A stretch of DNA of 64,000 nucleotides from the NCBI GenBank assembly GCA_963777505.1, contig CAVZQN010000007.1, forward strand, positions 32,001 through 96,000. Reading direction: 5' to 3'. The position numbers and the translations under genes were made by a program. The notes under the pieces were generated by a model. The model searched no databases, was not told the origin of the DNA, and was given only the letters and a program-made list of their open reading frames with translations. Of the stretch, positions 19,005-27,256 are shown piece after piece; within the stretch, counting starts at the first letter, position 1, and each line of letters starts with the position of its first letter. The stretch comes from an uncultured bacterium (GTDB taxonomy: Bacteria > Acidobacteriota > HRBIN11 > JAKEFK01).

Positions 19005-21281
19005 ATGTACTTGACGAGAATACTGCTCGCTATATGTGCTCTGATCTTGTCTTTTCAATCCTCTTTATTCAGCGAGACAGCCGAACTTATCGTTCCACGG
19101 ATCTCTCAACGAATTACGATCGACGATTTTACAGGAATGACTCCGCGAGAAGGGCTTGCAGAAAAACTGGCAGTCATTGAAGGATTCATCCAAACATCGC
19201 CAACAGACGGCGCACCTTCTACACAAAAAACGGTTGTATATCTTGCCTATGACAATGACAACCTCTATGTAGTCTTTCTCTGTTTCGACAAAGAACCTGG
19301 AAAAATTAGCGCGGCGATGACACGCCGTGAAGCTTTTGGTCAAGATGAAGATTGGATTGAAATTTACCTGGATACATACAATGATCAGCGCCGTTCTTAT
19401 TGTTTTTCAGCAAATGCATATGGAATTCAATGGGACTCGCGCTATTCAGAAACCAGCGGTTATTCTGACAACCGCGGGCATCAACCGTCCTTTGATGCAC
19501 TCTGGTATTCGGATGGAAAAATTACTGATCAAGGCTACATCGTTTGGATGGCGCTCCCGTTCAAAAGCATGCGTTTTCCTTCGGGTGATATTCAAAAATG
19601 GAGAACTCTGGTCGGACGGAGTATTCCGAGAAGCAGTGAATATTCTGCCTGGCCGCATAAAAGCCGCGATGTTCAGGGGATTCTGACACAGACTTCATTT
19701 CTGAATGGGCTGGAAGATGTTGCACCTGGAAGAAGCCTTCAGTTTATTCCGTATACAAGTTTCCGATCCTTCCGATTGCTGGATGCGCAGGCTTCGCCCC
19801 CAGCCTTCATTAGCGATCGGAGCGATCCATCAGTAGGGCTGGATACAAAATTGGTTTTAAAGGACTCATACGTTTTGGATTTCGCATTAAATCCTGATTT
19901 CAGCCAGATTGAGTCCGACGAACCTCAAGTTACAGTCAATCAACGCTTTGAAGTTTTCTTCCGCGAGAAGCGTCCATTTTTTCTAGAGAATGCACAATAT
20001 TTCGAAACTCCACTGAATCTTGTTTTCACCCGGCGAATTGCTGATCCACAATTGGGCGGTCGTCTGACTGGAAAGTATGGCCCGTACACAATGGGATTTT
20101 TATTTGCGAATGATGAAGCTCCAGGTAAACAAGAACCGATTGAGAGTCCGATTTATGGCGATGATGCATATTTCGGGATCTTTCGTGTCAGCAGAGATAT
20201 TTTTGGACAATCCTCAATTGGGGCGCTATTTACTACAAGAGATTTTGAAGACGACACTAACAGTGTCGGGGGCGGCGATTTTCGATTGCGTTTAAATGAT
20301 CAGTGGCAGGCAAATGGACAATTCGTTGCGAGCCGTACAGATTTTGATGATGGAAGTAACTTTTCAGGACATGCAATCCGCAGCGAAATTACAAGAACAG
20401 GCAGCCAATTTGGCCTGGACATTCTCTATAACGATCTGTCACCGGAATTTCGAACTTTTACCGGATTCATTCCACGCGTTGATTTTCGAAGTATTGAAGG
20501 AAGCACACACTATTATTTTCGACCGGAAGGTAAATTTCTAATTGCATGGGGACCGGAGATAGGCGCTCTTGAATTATGGGATTACAATGGCACCCGCCTT
20601 GATTCCAGCTTACACCCATCGCTTTATGTGGAGCTGCAACGTCAAACCTACATTAGAATGAATTACTTTCATGATCGCCAGAGACTCCGGCCAGAAGATT
20701 TTATTGAACTATCGGAAGATGTGGATTTCAAAACACCTCAATACCTCTTTAATCTTGAAACCTCTTTCTTGCAAAGAGCTACAATCCGTTTCTCGTACGA
20801 ATTCGGGAAAGAAATCAATTTTGTTCCGCCTGTAGGCCAGACTCCTGACCTGAGTGACTTCAATTCTGCAGATTTGGAATTGATCATGCGGCCGCTTCCG
20901 CGCCTTCAAGTGCGTACAAATTATCTATTCACAGGACTGAAATCACTGGATGACGAAAAGATCTTTGATGATCATATCGTTAGCGTTCGATCAAATTACC
21001 AGTTTACGAAGGAATTTTCCCTCCGGCTGATCCTCCAGTATGAATCGACTCTCGCAAATCCGGCCCTGACGAGTTTAGAGGATAGGCGCAATTTGAATGC
21101 GGATGTTCTTCTTACATACATGGTAAATCCATGGACTGCTTTATACGTCGGATATAACGGCAATCGTCAAAACTTAAGTCTGATCGATGAGATCGGAAGG
21201 CCTGAACTCATTCGTACCGGAAGACTCATTAATGATGCAAATCAGTTCTTTCTAAAATTCTCCTACCTGATCCGCTTGTAG
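19005..21281 (+). CDS. DUF5916 / CBM9-like domain outer-membrane protein
   Basis: Signal peptide; YDNDNLYV, LNPDFSQIESD, FFREKRPFFLE, FTRRI; beta-barrel-like C-terminus FFLKFSYL. Confidence 0.85.
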   Translation: MYLTRILLAICALILSFQSSLFSETAELIVPRISQRITIDDFTGMTPREGLAEKLAVIEGFIQTSPTDGAPSTQKTVVYLAYDNDNLYVVFLCFDKEPGKISAAMTRREAFGQDEDWIEIYLDTYNDQRRSYCFSANAYGIQWDSRYSETSGYSDNRGHQPSFDALWYSDGKITDQGYIVWMALPFKSMRFPSGDIQKWRTLVGRSIPRSSEYSAWPHKSRDVQGILTQTSFLNGLEDVAPGRSLQFIPYTSFRSFRLLDAQASPPAFISDRSDPSVGLDTKLVLKDSYVLDFALNPDFSQIESDEPQVTVNQRFEVFFREKRPFFLENAQYFETPLNLVFTRRIADPQLGGRLTGKYGPYTMGFLFANDEAPGKQEPIESPIYGDDAYFGIFRVSRDIFGQSSIGALFTTRDFEDDTNSVGGGDFRLRLNDQWQANGQFVASRTDFDDGSNFSGHAIRSEITRTGSQFGLDILYNDLSPEFRTFTGFIPRVDFRSIEGSTHYYFRPEGKFLIAWGPEIGALELWDYNGTRLDSSLHPSLYVELQRQTYIRMNYFHDRQRLRPEDFIELSEDVDFKTPQYLFNLETSFLQRATIRFSYEFGKEINFVPPVGQTPDLSDFNSADLELIMRPLPRLQVRTNYLFTGLKSLDDEKIFDDHIVSVRSNYQFTKEFSLRLILQYESTLANPALTSLEDRRNLNADVLLTYMVNPWTALYVGYNGNRQNLSLIDEIGRPELIRTGRLINDANQFFLKFSYLIRL

Positions 21282-21362
21282 CTCTTCTTTCGATTGTATG
21301 TAGCCTAAATTACTATACCGCTATTCGTGCTAACGCTTATTTTCTTGTTAAGGTTTGTGTGG

Positions 21363-22508
21363 ATGAATACCCGAACGATCTGGCCCCTTGCAAAGGAAAC
21401 ATTTAAAGAATGGCAGGAAGACAATGCTCTCCGGCTGGGAGCTGCACTTTCCTATTACACGATCTTTTCACTTGCTCCTTTACTAATTATCATCATTGGG
21501 ATTGTCTCTATTGTCTTTGGAAATGATGTGGCACGTACACGAATCATGGAACAAATGCAGGGTCTTATAGGGGAACAAAGTGCCGCCGCTATTGGCGATC
21601 TTCTGAAGTCCCAGGAAGAAAAGACATCCACCGGAATTTTTGCAACGCTTGTTGGAGTGATCACCTTACTGGTTGGCGCTACGGGAGTTGTTGGAGAACT
21701 TCAAAAATCACTTAGCACAATTTGGGAAGCCCCGGAACCAAAAGGAGGGCTAGTCGCTTTGATACGCGAACGGATACTTTCCCTGGCGATGATTTTAGGA
21801 ATTGGTTTTCTCCTTTTAGTTTCTCTGTTGTTATCAGCCGCTTTAACGGCACTCGGCGATTCTTGGGGAACAGCAAAAATACTGGAAAGTATCAATTTCG
21901 TTATCTCACTTGCGGTTATAACTGTTCTATTCGCTGCAATGTTCAAATTCCTTCCTAACGTCAAGATCCCATGGCGAAACGTTTGGATTGGTGCAGCTTT
22001 CACAGCGATATTATTTACAATAGGGAAAACACTGACAGGATTGTACCTCTCCAAAAGCGCAGTCGCATCGGGTTTTGGAGCAGCTGGTTCTCTGGTCATT
22101 ATTCTTGTGTGGGTCTATTACAATTCTCAAATCTTGTTTCTTGGAGCTGAATTCACGCAAGTGTATTCAAAATCTCGCGCAAGAATAAACGATGAAGAAA
22201 TAGAAGGTGAAATTTTGGAGGCTGATACGATGAACAATGTGGAAAAAGGAGTAGACAACAAATCGCCATTGTATAAAGTTGCCTACAAAGCCGGTTACCA
22301 AAGTGCAAAGGCTGATGAGCTTGAAAATAAACTCGAATCCAAGTGGAAACTTGTAAAGTGGGGCTATCGAGTTGTTGATTTCCTGGGTTTTAGAAGATCC
22401 GCAAAATTAGGCTGGAAAGGTTATAAAGCAAAAAAGAAAATCGACAAAGTTACGCAGAAAATAAAGGCAGAACCGCCAGAACAAGATCGTGTTCACAAGA
22501 GTCGTTAA
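21363..22508 (+). CDS. YihY/virulence factor BrkB family membrane protein with C-terminal extension
   Basis: GAALSYYTIFSLAPLL, GAAGSLVIILVWVYY..ILFLGAEF. Confidence 0.92.
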   Translation: MNTRTIWPLAKETFKEWQEDNALRLGAALSYYTIFSLAPLLIIIIGIVSIVFGNDVARTRIMEQMQGLIGEQSAAAIGDLLKSQEEKTSTGIFATLVGVITLLVGATGVVGELQKSLSTIWEAPEPKGGLVALIRERILSLAMILGIGFLLLVSLLLSAALTALGDSWGTAKILESINFVISLAVITVLFAAMFKFLPNVKIPWRNVWIGAAFTAILFTIGKTLTGLYLSKSAVASGFGAAGSLVIILVWVYYNSQILFLGAEFTQVYSKSRARINDEEIEGEILEADTMNNVEKGVDNKSPLYKVAYKAGYQSAKADELENKLESKWKLVKWGYRVVDFLGFRRSAKLGWKGYKAKKKIDKVTQKIKAEPPEQDRVHKSR

Positions 22509-22556
22509 TCATTCCGCTCTAGAATAAAAGGGAATCTTTTATATATACTTGTCAGC

Positions 22557-23108
22557 ATGCGACTAGTAACCGCGACCCTTCTAATGTTGTTAGCATTTCA
22601 GATGAGTGCAAGCACGCCGGTTATTCCTCCTAAAATCCGAAATGAAGGCGAAAAGATTCTTGGTTGGGTCAAAGATCCTACCTTATTGGAAGCACTCCAG
22701 AAGCAAAATAAAATGTCAAAAAGCCTTGATGAGATTCAAAAAGTTGATCGTGAGTGGGTGGAAGGTAACATCTCAGAAGATTTCGTTAATTCAAAGCTGC
22801 AAGGTCCCTGCGCAGAAAAGCTGAAAGAATTAGAACGTAAAATTCCGAGTGCATCTGAATCGTTTTTAATGGATGCACAGGGCGGCCTTGTTTGCGCTAC
22901 AAAAAAGACTTCTGATTACTGGCAAGGCGATGAACCAAAATGGAAAGATGCCTTCGAAGGCTCTGAGGACATCGTCTTTGGCGCACGAAACTATGATGAA
23001 AGCACGAAATCCACATTAATGCATATTTCTGCGCCAGTTAGAGAAAATCAGAAAACAATTGGGGTCGTTTCTGTAGGAATTAATCTGACAAAACTTTCAG
23101 AATATTAA
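22557..23108 (+). CDS. Stand-alone periplasmic PDC/dCache-like sensor domain protein
   Basis: Signal peptide; TSDYWQGDEPKW, YDEST, ISAPV..IGV. Confidence 0.75.
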   Translation: MRLVTATLLMLLAFQMSASTPVIPPKIRNEGEKILGWVKDPTLLEALQKQNKMSKSLDEIQKVDREWVEGNISEDFVNSKLQGPCAEKLKELERKIPSASESFLMDAQGGLVCATKKTSDYWQGDEPKWKDAFEGSEDIVFGARNYDESTKSTLMHISAPVRENQKTIGVVSVGINLTKLSEY

Positions 23109-23117
23109 GCAGGGCAC

Positions 23118-24017
23118 TTATTTTGTTAGCTTTGAATTTAATTCCGTCAGTGATTCATCTGCAATAATACGAAATACTCGTGGGTTGGCTCCGGCGGGAA
23201 AGTGTTCAGCCAGTAGACTATCGGTAACAATAAACCGCCGGGAAGACAAAGCCCGTTGCCAGTCTTTTCTTCGTGCATCCCGAAGTTCAATCGCTGACGT
23301 ATCGATACCAACAGATATAAGTGTTGTCTTGGCCCAAAGCAAAAACTCAGACCAGCGAGATACGATTGTAATTAATGTATCCGGTTCAGGTTTTGGTTGC
23401 GAGGCAAGTACTTTAGGAACTGAACGCGACCGTAGATAAAAGCATGAAGTTTCAGATGACAAAATTTTTTGTATATCCTCAGCGCTGTCATAGAGTGCGA
23501 CACAAAATGCACCAACGAGATTTTTTGGATCTGCACTTTCTTCAAAGCCTATTCCTTTTACGGGCATCGAGTTTGAATTACGAACTTCGGTAACTAAAAT
23601 TGCCCGCAGTTCTGGATCTGGTTCAATCACAAGAATATGATCCGGAGGCTGCATTGAAAGCCATCGTGCAATTCTGGATTGAATTTCATTTAACGAATAG
23701 CCTTTGTCTCGCATCACTTGAAAAAATGTAGATATCAAGCGATCCAGGTTCAAAGATGAGTCGAGTCTTTGGTCTTCCGTCAGAGCGCGCACATAAAATC
23801 CACTTCCCCGCTTCCATTTAGCCCAACCCCTTTTTACCAATTCTCGATACGCAGCACGAACGGTGTTTGGATGGATATGGAAACGCCTTCCCAGTTCACT
23901 GGTGCTTGGCAGTTGTTCACCTGGTGAGAGATCGGCGCTCACGATTCCAAGGATCAATTGTGTAATTAGTTGTTCTTGAAGAGGTACTTCGCTGCTTTTA
24001 GACAGCCAGATTTTCAT
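23118..24017 (-). CDS. GntR family transcriptional regulator
   Basis: PGEQLPSTSELGRRFHIHPNTVRAAYREL..GSGFYV wHTH. Confidence 0.92.
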   Translation of the reverse strand: MKIWLSKSSEVPLQEQLITQLILGIVSADLSPGEQLPSTSELGRRFHIHPNTVRAAYRELVKRGWAKWKRGSGFYVRALTEDQRLDSSLNLDRLISTFFQVMRDKGYSLNEIQSRIARWLSMQPPDHILVIEPDPELRAILVTEVRNSNSMPVKGIGFEESADPKNLVGAFCVALYDSAEDIQKILSSETSCFYLRSRSVPKVLASQPKPEPDTLITIVSRWSEFLLWAKTTLISVGIDTSAIELRDARRKDWQRALSSRRFIVTDSLLAEHFPAGANPRVFRIIADESLTELNSKLTK

Positions 24018-24162
24018 TGCTTCTGTAATTAAAACACAGGTAAGTCGTCAATCTGTAATGACGACAAGGCTCATCTCACAATGTGACAGTTAAGAAACTA
24101 TAACAATGTGTCGATTCTTGAGCATAAGAACCTCGTATATTGCGGTTGAGAGGTAAAACATT

Positions 24163-24972
24163 ATGAGCCTGATTCAATCGTATGAAAGGAACCGTTCAAT
24201 CTTGTTTAGCCGAATCATTATTTCTGCCGTTGTTACCAGCGCAATTGCAACATATTTCTGGCACCCTGCAGGCGCCTTGCTTGTTGTACTGGACTTAATC
24301 ATACGGACGTATTTGCATTTTATTGCAGGTGCGATGGCCCATGAAGGTGTTCACGGACATCTTGGCAATACGAAAAAATCAAATCGTTGGTGGAGTCGCA
24401 TTGCACTAATTCCAACGACAGTTCCGGAAGTTACATTTCGCAAAACACATATCCAGCATCATGCGGCAACAAACATTCCTGATAAAGATCCGGATGAATT
24501 TCTGAATACAAATCACACCTGGCAAATTCCGTTTCGCGCCCTCGCAATGCCGCATCACTGGCTTATGTGGCTTTTAAAGAGAGGACAATTTTCTCGTTCA
24601 GACCGGATCGAGTATGTTCTGACTTATGTTGGGCTAATAGCAATCTACGGCGCGATTGCTTCCGTTGTTGGCGTTCAGCGCGTTCTACTCGGACTGATTC
24701 CTTCAGCCATTTTGCATTCTTTATTCTTGTGGTACTTCTTTGCAATCAAAACACATGAAGGCTATCACCTGGGAATGGCTGCCAGACGCTCTCACAATTA
24801 TTACGGCAAATTAATCTACTGGCTCTCATTCGGACTCTCCATGCATCGTACACATCACATGAAACCACAACTTGCATGGCTACAAATGTCGAGTGAAGTG
24901 GAATCTGGTACATGGACACAACGTCTTCTGTTTCAACGGAGCATCGACCCCTCCGTAAAGAAAATTGCATGA
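24163..24972 (+). CDS. Membrane fatty-acid desaturase/hydroxylase family protein
   Basis: His boxes HEGVH, HIQHH, HRTHH; TM segments. Confidence 0.88.
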   Translation: MSLIQSYERNRSILFSRIIISAVVTSAIATYFWHPAGALLVVLDLIIRTYLHFIAGAMAHEGVHGHLGNTKKSNRWWSRIALIPTTVPEVTFRKTHIQHHAATNIPDKDPDEFLNTNHTWQIPFRALAMPHHWLMWLLKRGQFSRSDRIEYVLTYVGLIAIYGAIASVVGVQRVLLGLIPSAILHSLFLWYFFAIKTHEGYHLGMAARRSHNYYGKLIYWLSFGLSMHRTHHMKPQLAWLQMSSEVESGTWTQRLLFQRSIDPSVKKIA

Positions 24973-26555
24973 ACCACGAACGGATCAATGACTTTCTGCG
25001 TTTTCTAATCGACTACGCAATAAAGACTTTGGCGCTGATTTTTCGATTTCTGCTGTTCATCAGATTGAACACCTATTCCATCAATCAAGCATGGCTAAGA
25101 CGCAAATATCGAATTGTTGGAGGTACTCCGATTCATGGCTTTGATGAGGAGATTCTGACTTCGATTGAATTACGTTTCGGCAAAATGGGAACTTCCGCTG
25201 CATACGCTTACACATCCGGCTCTACAAGCCATCCAAAGAAAATCGCATACGATGCCAAACGGCTGCGGCGAACCCGAATTGTATTCATTGATGCATTCTT
25301 CAGGTATCTTGCGTTGCTGCCAAATAACTGCACTCTATTCATCTTTTCACCCTTTGAATCAGATGATTCACTCACTGGATTGCTGATGCAAGAATCAGGA
25401 TTGCCCTCCTATGTTTCCGGGCTTCAAGCACCTCACCGCGTCCAGAATCACCCAGCCATTCAAGCATTGGCAAAAGTCTATGGAGATACCGCCGTTCGAT
25501 TTTGGATCCTTACAATCGCAAATCCAGGAATGATTTACGCAACAAACCCATCAACAATCGCGCTATTCCTTAACGAACTCCATGAACAATGGGAAACATC
25601 CAGTGCTTTAATCAAAGACTATGTCAACAATCCAGAAGAATTTTCTGAAACGGTAGGCAAAATTCATTGTCGAATTGCATCGCTTGGATCGAGTGAAAGA
25701 CTCAAGAAAATTGCGTCAAGCCACGAGCCATTAGCCGAAAAAGAATTATTCCCAGGACTGCATGGATTTGCGTGCTGGGACGGTGGGTACGTCAGACCAT
25801 TCATTCAACAAATCCGAAAATATCTTCCCTCCGAACAGTACAAGCATTATCCAATGTATTCGATGTCAACTGAGGTAATTGAAACAATTATGAAACTAAA
25901 CGGCGTTCAGCCTGTTTTTCTTCCGATGGCACCTGGAGTTTGTTACGAATTCATTGATGAACACAACGAAGATATTGTGGCCAATGTTTTGCGTCCTAAC
26001 CAACTGACTCCTGGCCGTCTCTATTCAATGCTTGTCAGTGATGCTTACGGTCTTAAGCGATATCAAACTGAGGATCTCTTTGAGTGTGTTGGTGCTGTTA
26101 GCGGTATTCCTGATCTTCGGTTTGTACGCAGGCGGAATCTATCCTATTCATTCACCGGAGAAAAATTAACGGCCGAACAATTGAGTCTAGCATTCGCAGA
26201 TGTCGAATCCTTTTTTCCTGAATTGTGGAAAAGTGGTTTTTTGACATGCTTTCCAACAATGGCACCACACCAACCTTCTCCATCCTATCGTGTCGTTTTT
26301 GTCTACAACAATGGAAATCTTCCAAAGAATATTGCCAACATCGCTTCTCAAGTGCAAGAAAGACTCAAACATTACAATTACGAATTCAAATCTAAGATTG
26401 AAAGCCGCCGTCTCGGAGAATTAACATTTGAATGCATGCCAATTCGCGAATTTTTTCAGCATCTATGCAACACAAGAGACGCATCCTGTTCGAGATCGCA
26501 GATTAAAACACTGCCTCTCTATACAAAATTATGGGAAAACTTCTGCATACAATGA
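24969..26555 (+). CDS. GH3-family acyl-adenylate-forming (acyl acid amido synthetase-like) protein
   Basis: YTSGSTSHPKKI P-loop, YSMSTE, CYEFI, GLKRYQTEDL, SFTGEKL; ATGA overlap with the desaturase. Confidence 0.8.
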   Translation: MNHERINDFLRFLIDYAIKTLALIFRFLLFIRLNTYSINQAWLRRKYRIVGGTPIHGFDEEILTSIELRFGKMGTSAAYAYTSGSTSHPKKIAYDAKRLRRTRIVFIDAFFRYLALLPNNCTLFIFSPFESDDSLTGLLMQESGLPSYVSGLQAPHRVQNHPAIQALAKVYGDTAVRFWILTIANPGMIYATNPSTIALFLNELHEQWETSSALIKDYVNNPEEFSETVGKIHCRIASLGSSERLKKIASSHEPLAEKELFPGLHGFACWDGGYVRPFIQQIRKYLPSEQYKHYPMYSMSTEVIETIMKLNGVQPVFLPMAPGVCYEFIDEHNEDIVANVLRPNQLTPGRLYSMLVSDAYGLKRYQTEDLFECVGAVSGIPDLRFVRRRNLSYSFTGEKLTAEQLSLAFADVESFFPELWKSGFLTCFPTMAPHQPSPSYRVVFVYNNGNLPKNIANIASQVQERLKHYNYEFKSKIESRRLGELTFECMPIREFFQHLCNTRDASCSRSQIKTLPLYTKLWENFCIQ

Positions 26556-27256
26556 GCAGTGACATTAATTTATCTCGTATCAAATTAGTAAGCTGGGATG
26601 TTGATGGAACTTTGTTCTCATATAAAGAGTTAATTCTTCAGCTACTTTCGAGTACATTTCGCAGAATGAATGTAATGGGCCTGAGAAATACGGCAAAATG
26701 TCTCATTGAAATTTTCAGGTTTCATCACAAAGTTGAAGCGCAGCGGCTGAGTAGCGAATGTAGAGTCATTAATACCGAATTGGATCAATATGAAGCTGCG
26801 AAGGCAGATGAAAAAGAAGCAATACGAGTTGGGCTGAGTAAAATTGCGCCTCGATCGGAAGCAATTGCGATGATTGAGCAATTCGCTGCTGCGGCAATTG
26901 TGCAAGTCGCTCTGAGTGATTTTGAATGTGATTACAAATTAGATGCACTCCGCTTAAGTCATCATTTCAAAAAAGCATATGCTTGTGAGCGCATTGGCTA
27001 TTGGAAGCCATCACCGATTCCTCTTGCACAAATTCAGCGCGATTTCGGAATTGATCCCCAAGAGCATCTTCATATTGGTGATCGATCGTCAACAGATGGT
27101 CTGGCATGTGCGCGGAATGGCTGCCACTTTCTATCTGTGAAACATCTAATAACTCAGCGCCTCGGTAACGGTAGGGGCGGCCCTTCAATTTTTGTTCACC
27201 CAAACGGGCGACCACAAGGGTCGCCCCTACCCCGATCCATATCGAGAGCATATTGA
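26552..27256 (+). CDS. HAD-superfamily hydrolase
   Basis: WDVDGTL, LSD, WKPSP, HIGDRSSTDG; ATGA overlap with the GH3 gene. Confidence 0.9.
   Translation: MSSDINLSRIKLVSWDVDGTLFSYKELILQLLSSTFRRMNVMGLRNTAKCLIEIFRFHHKVEAQRLSSECRVINTELDQYEAAKADEKEAIRVGLSKIAPRSEAIAMIEQFAAAAIVQVALSDFECDYKLDALRLSHHFKKAYACERIGYWKPSPIPLAQIQRDFGIDPQEHLHIGDRSSTDGLACARNGCHFLSVKHLITQRLGNGRGGPSIFVHPNGRPQGSPLPRSISRAY
27171..27230. repeat. GTAGGGGCG-type REP-like element (partial doublet)
   Basis: GTAGGGGCGGCCCTT ... GGGCGACCACAAGGGTCGCCCCTAC. Confidence 0.8.
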
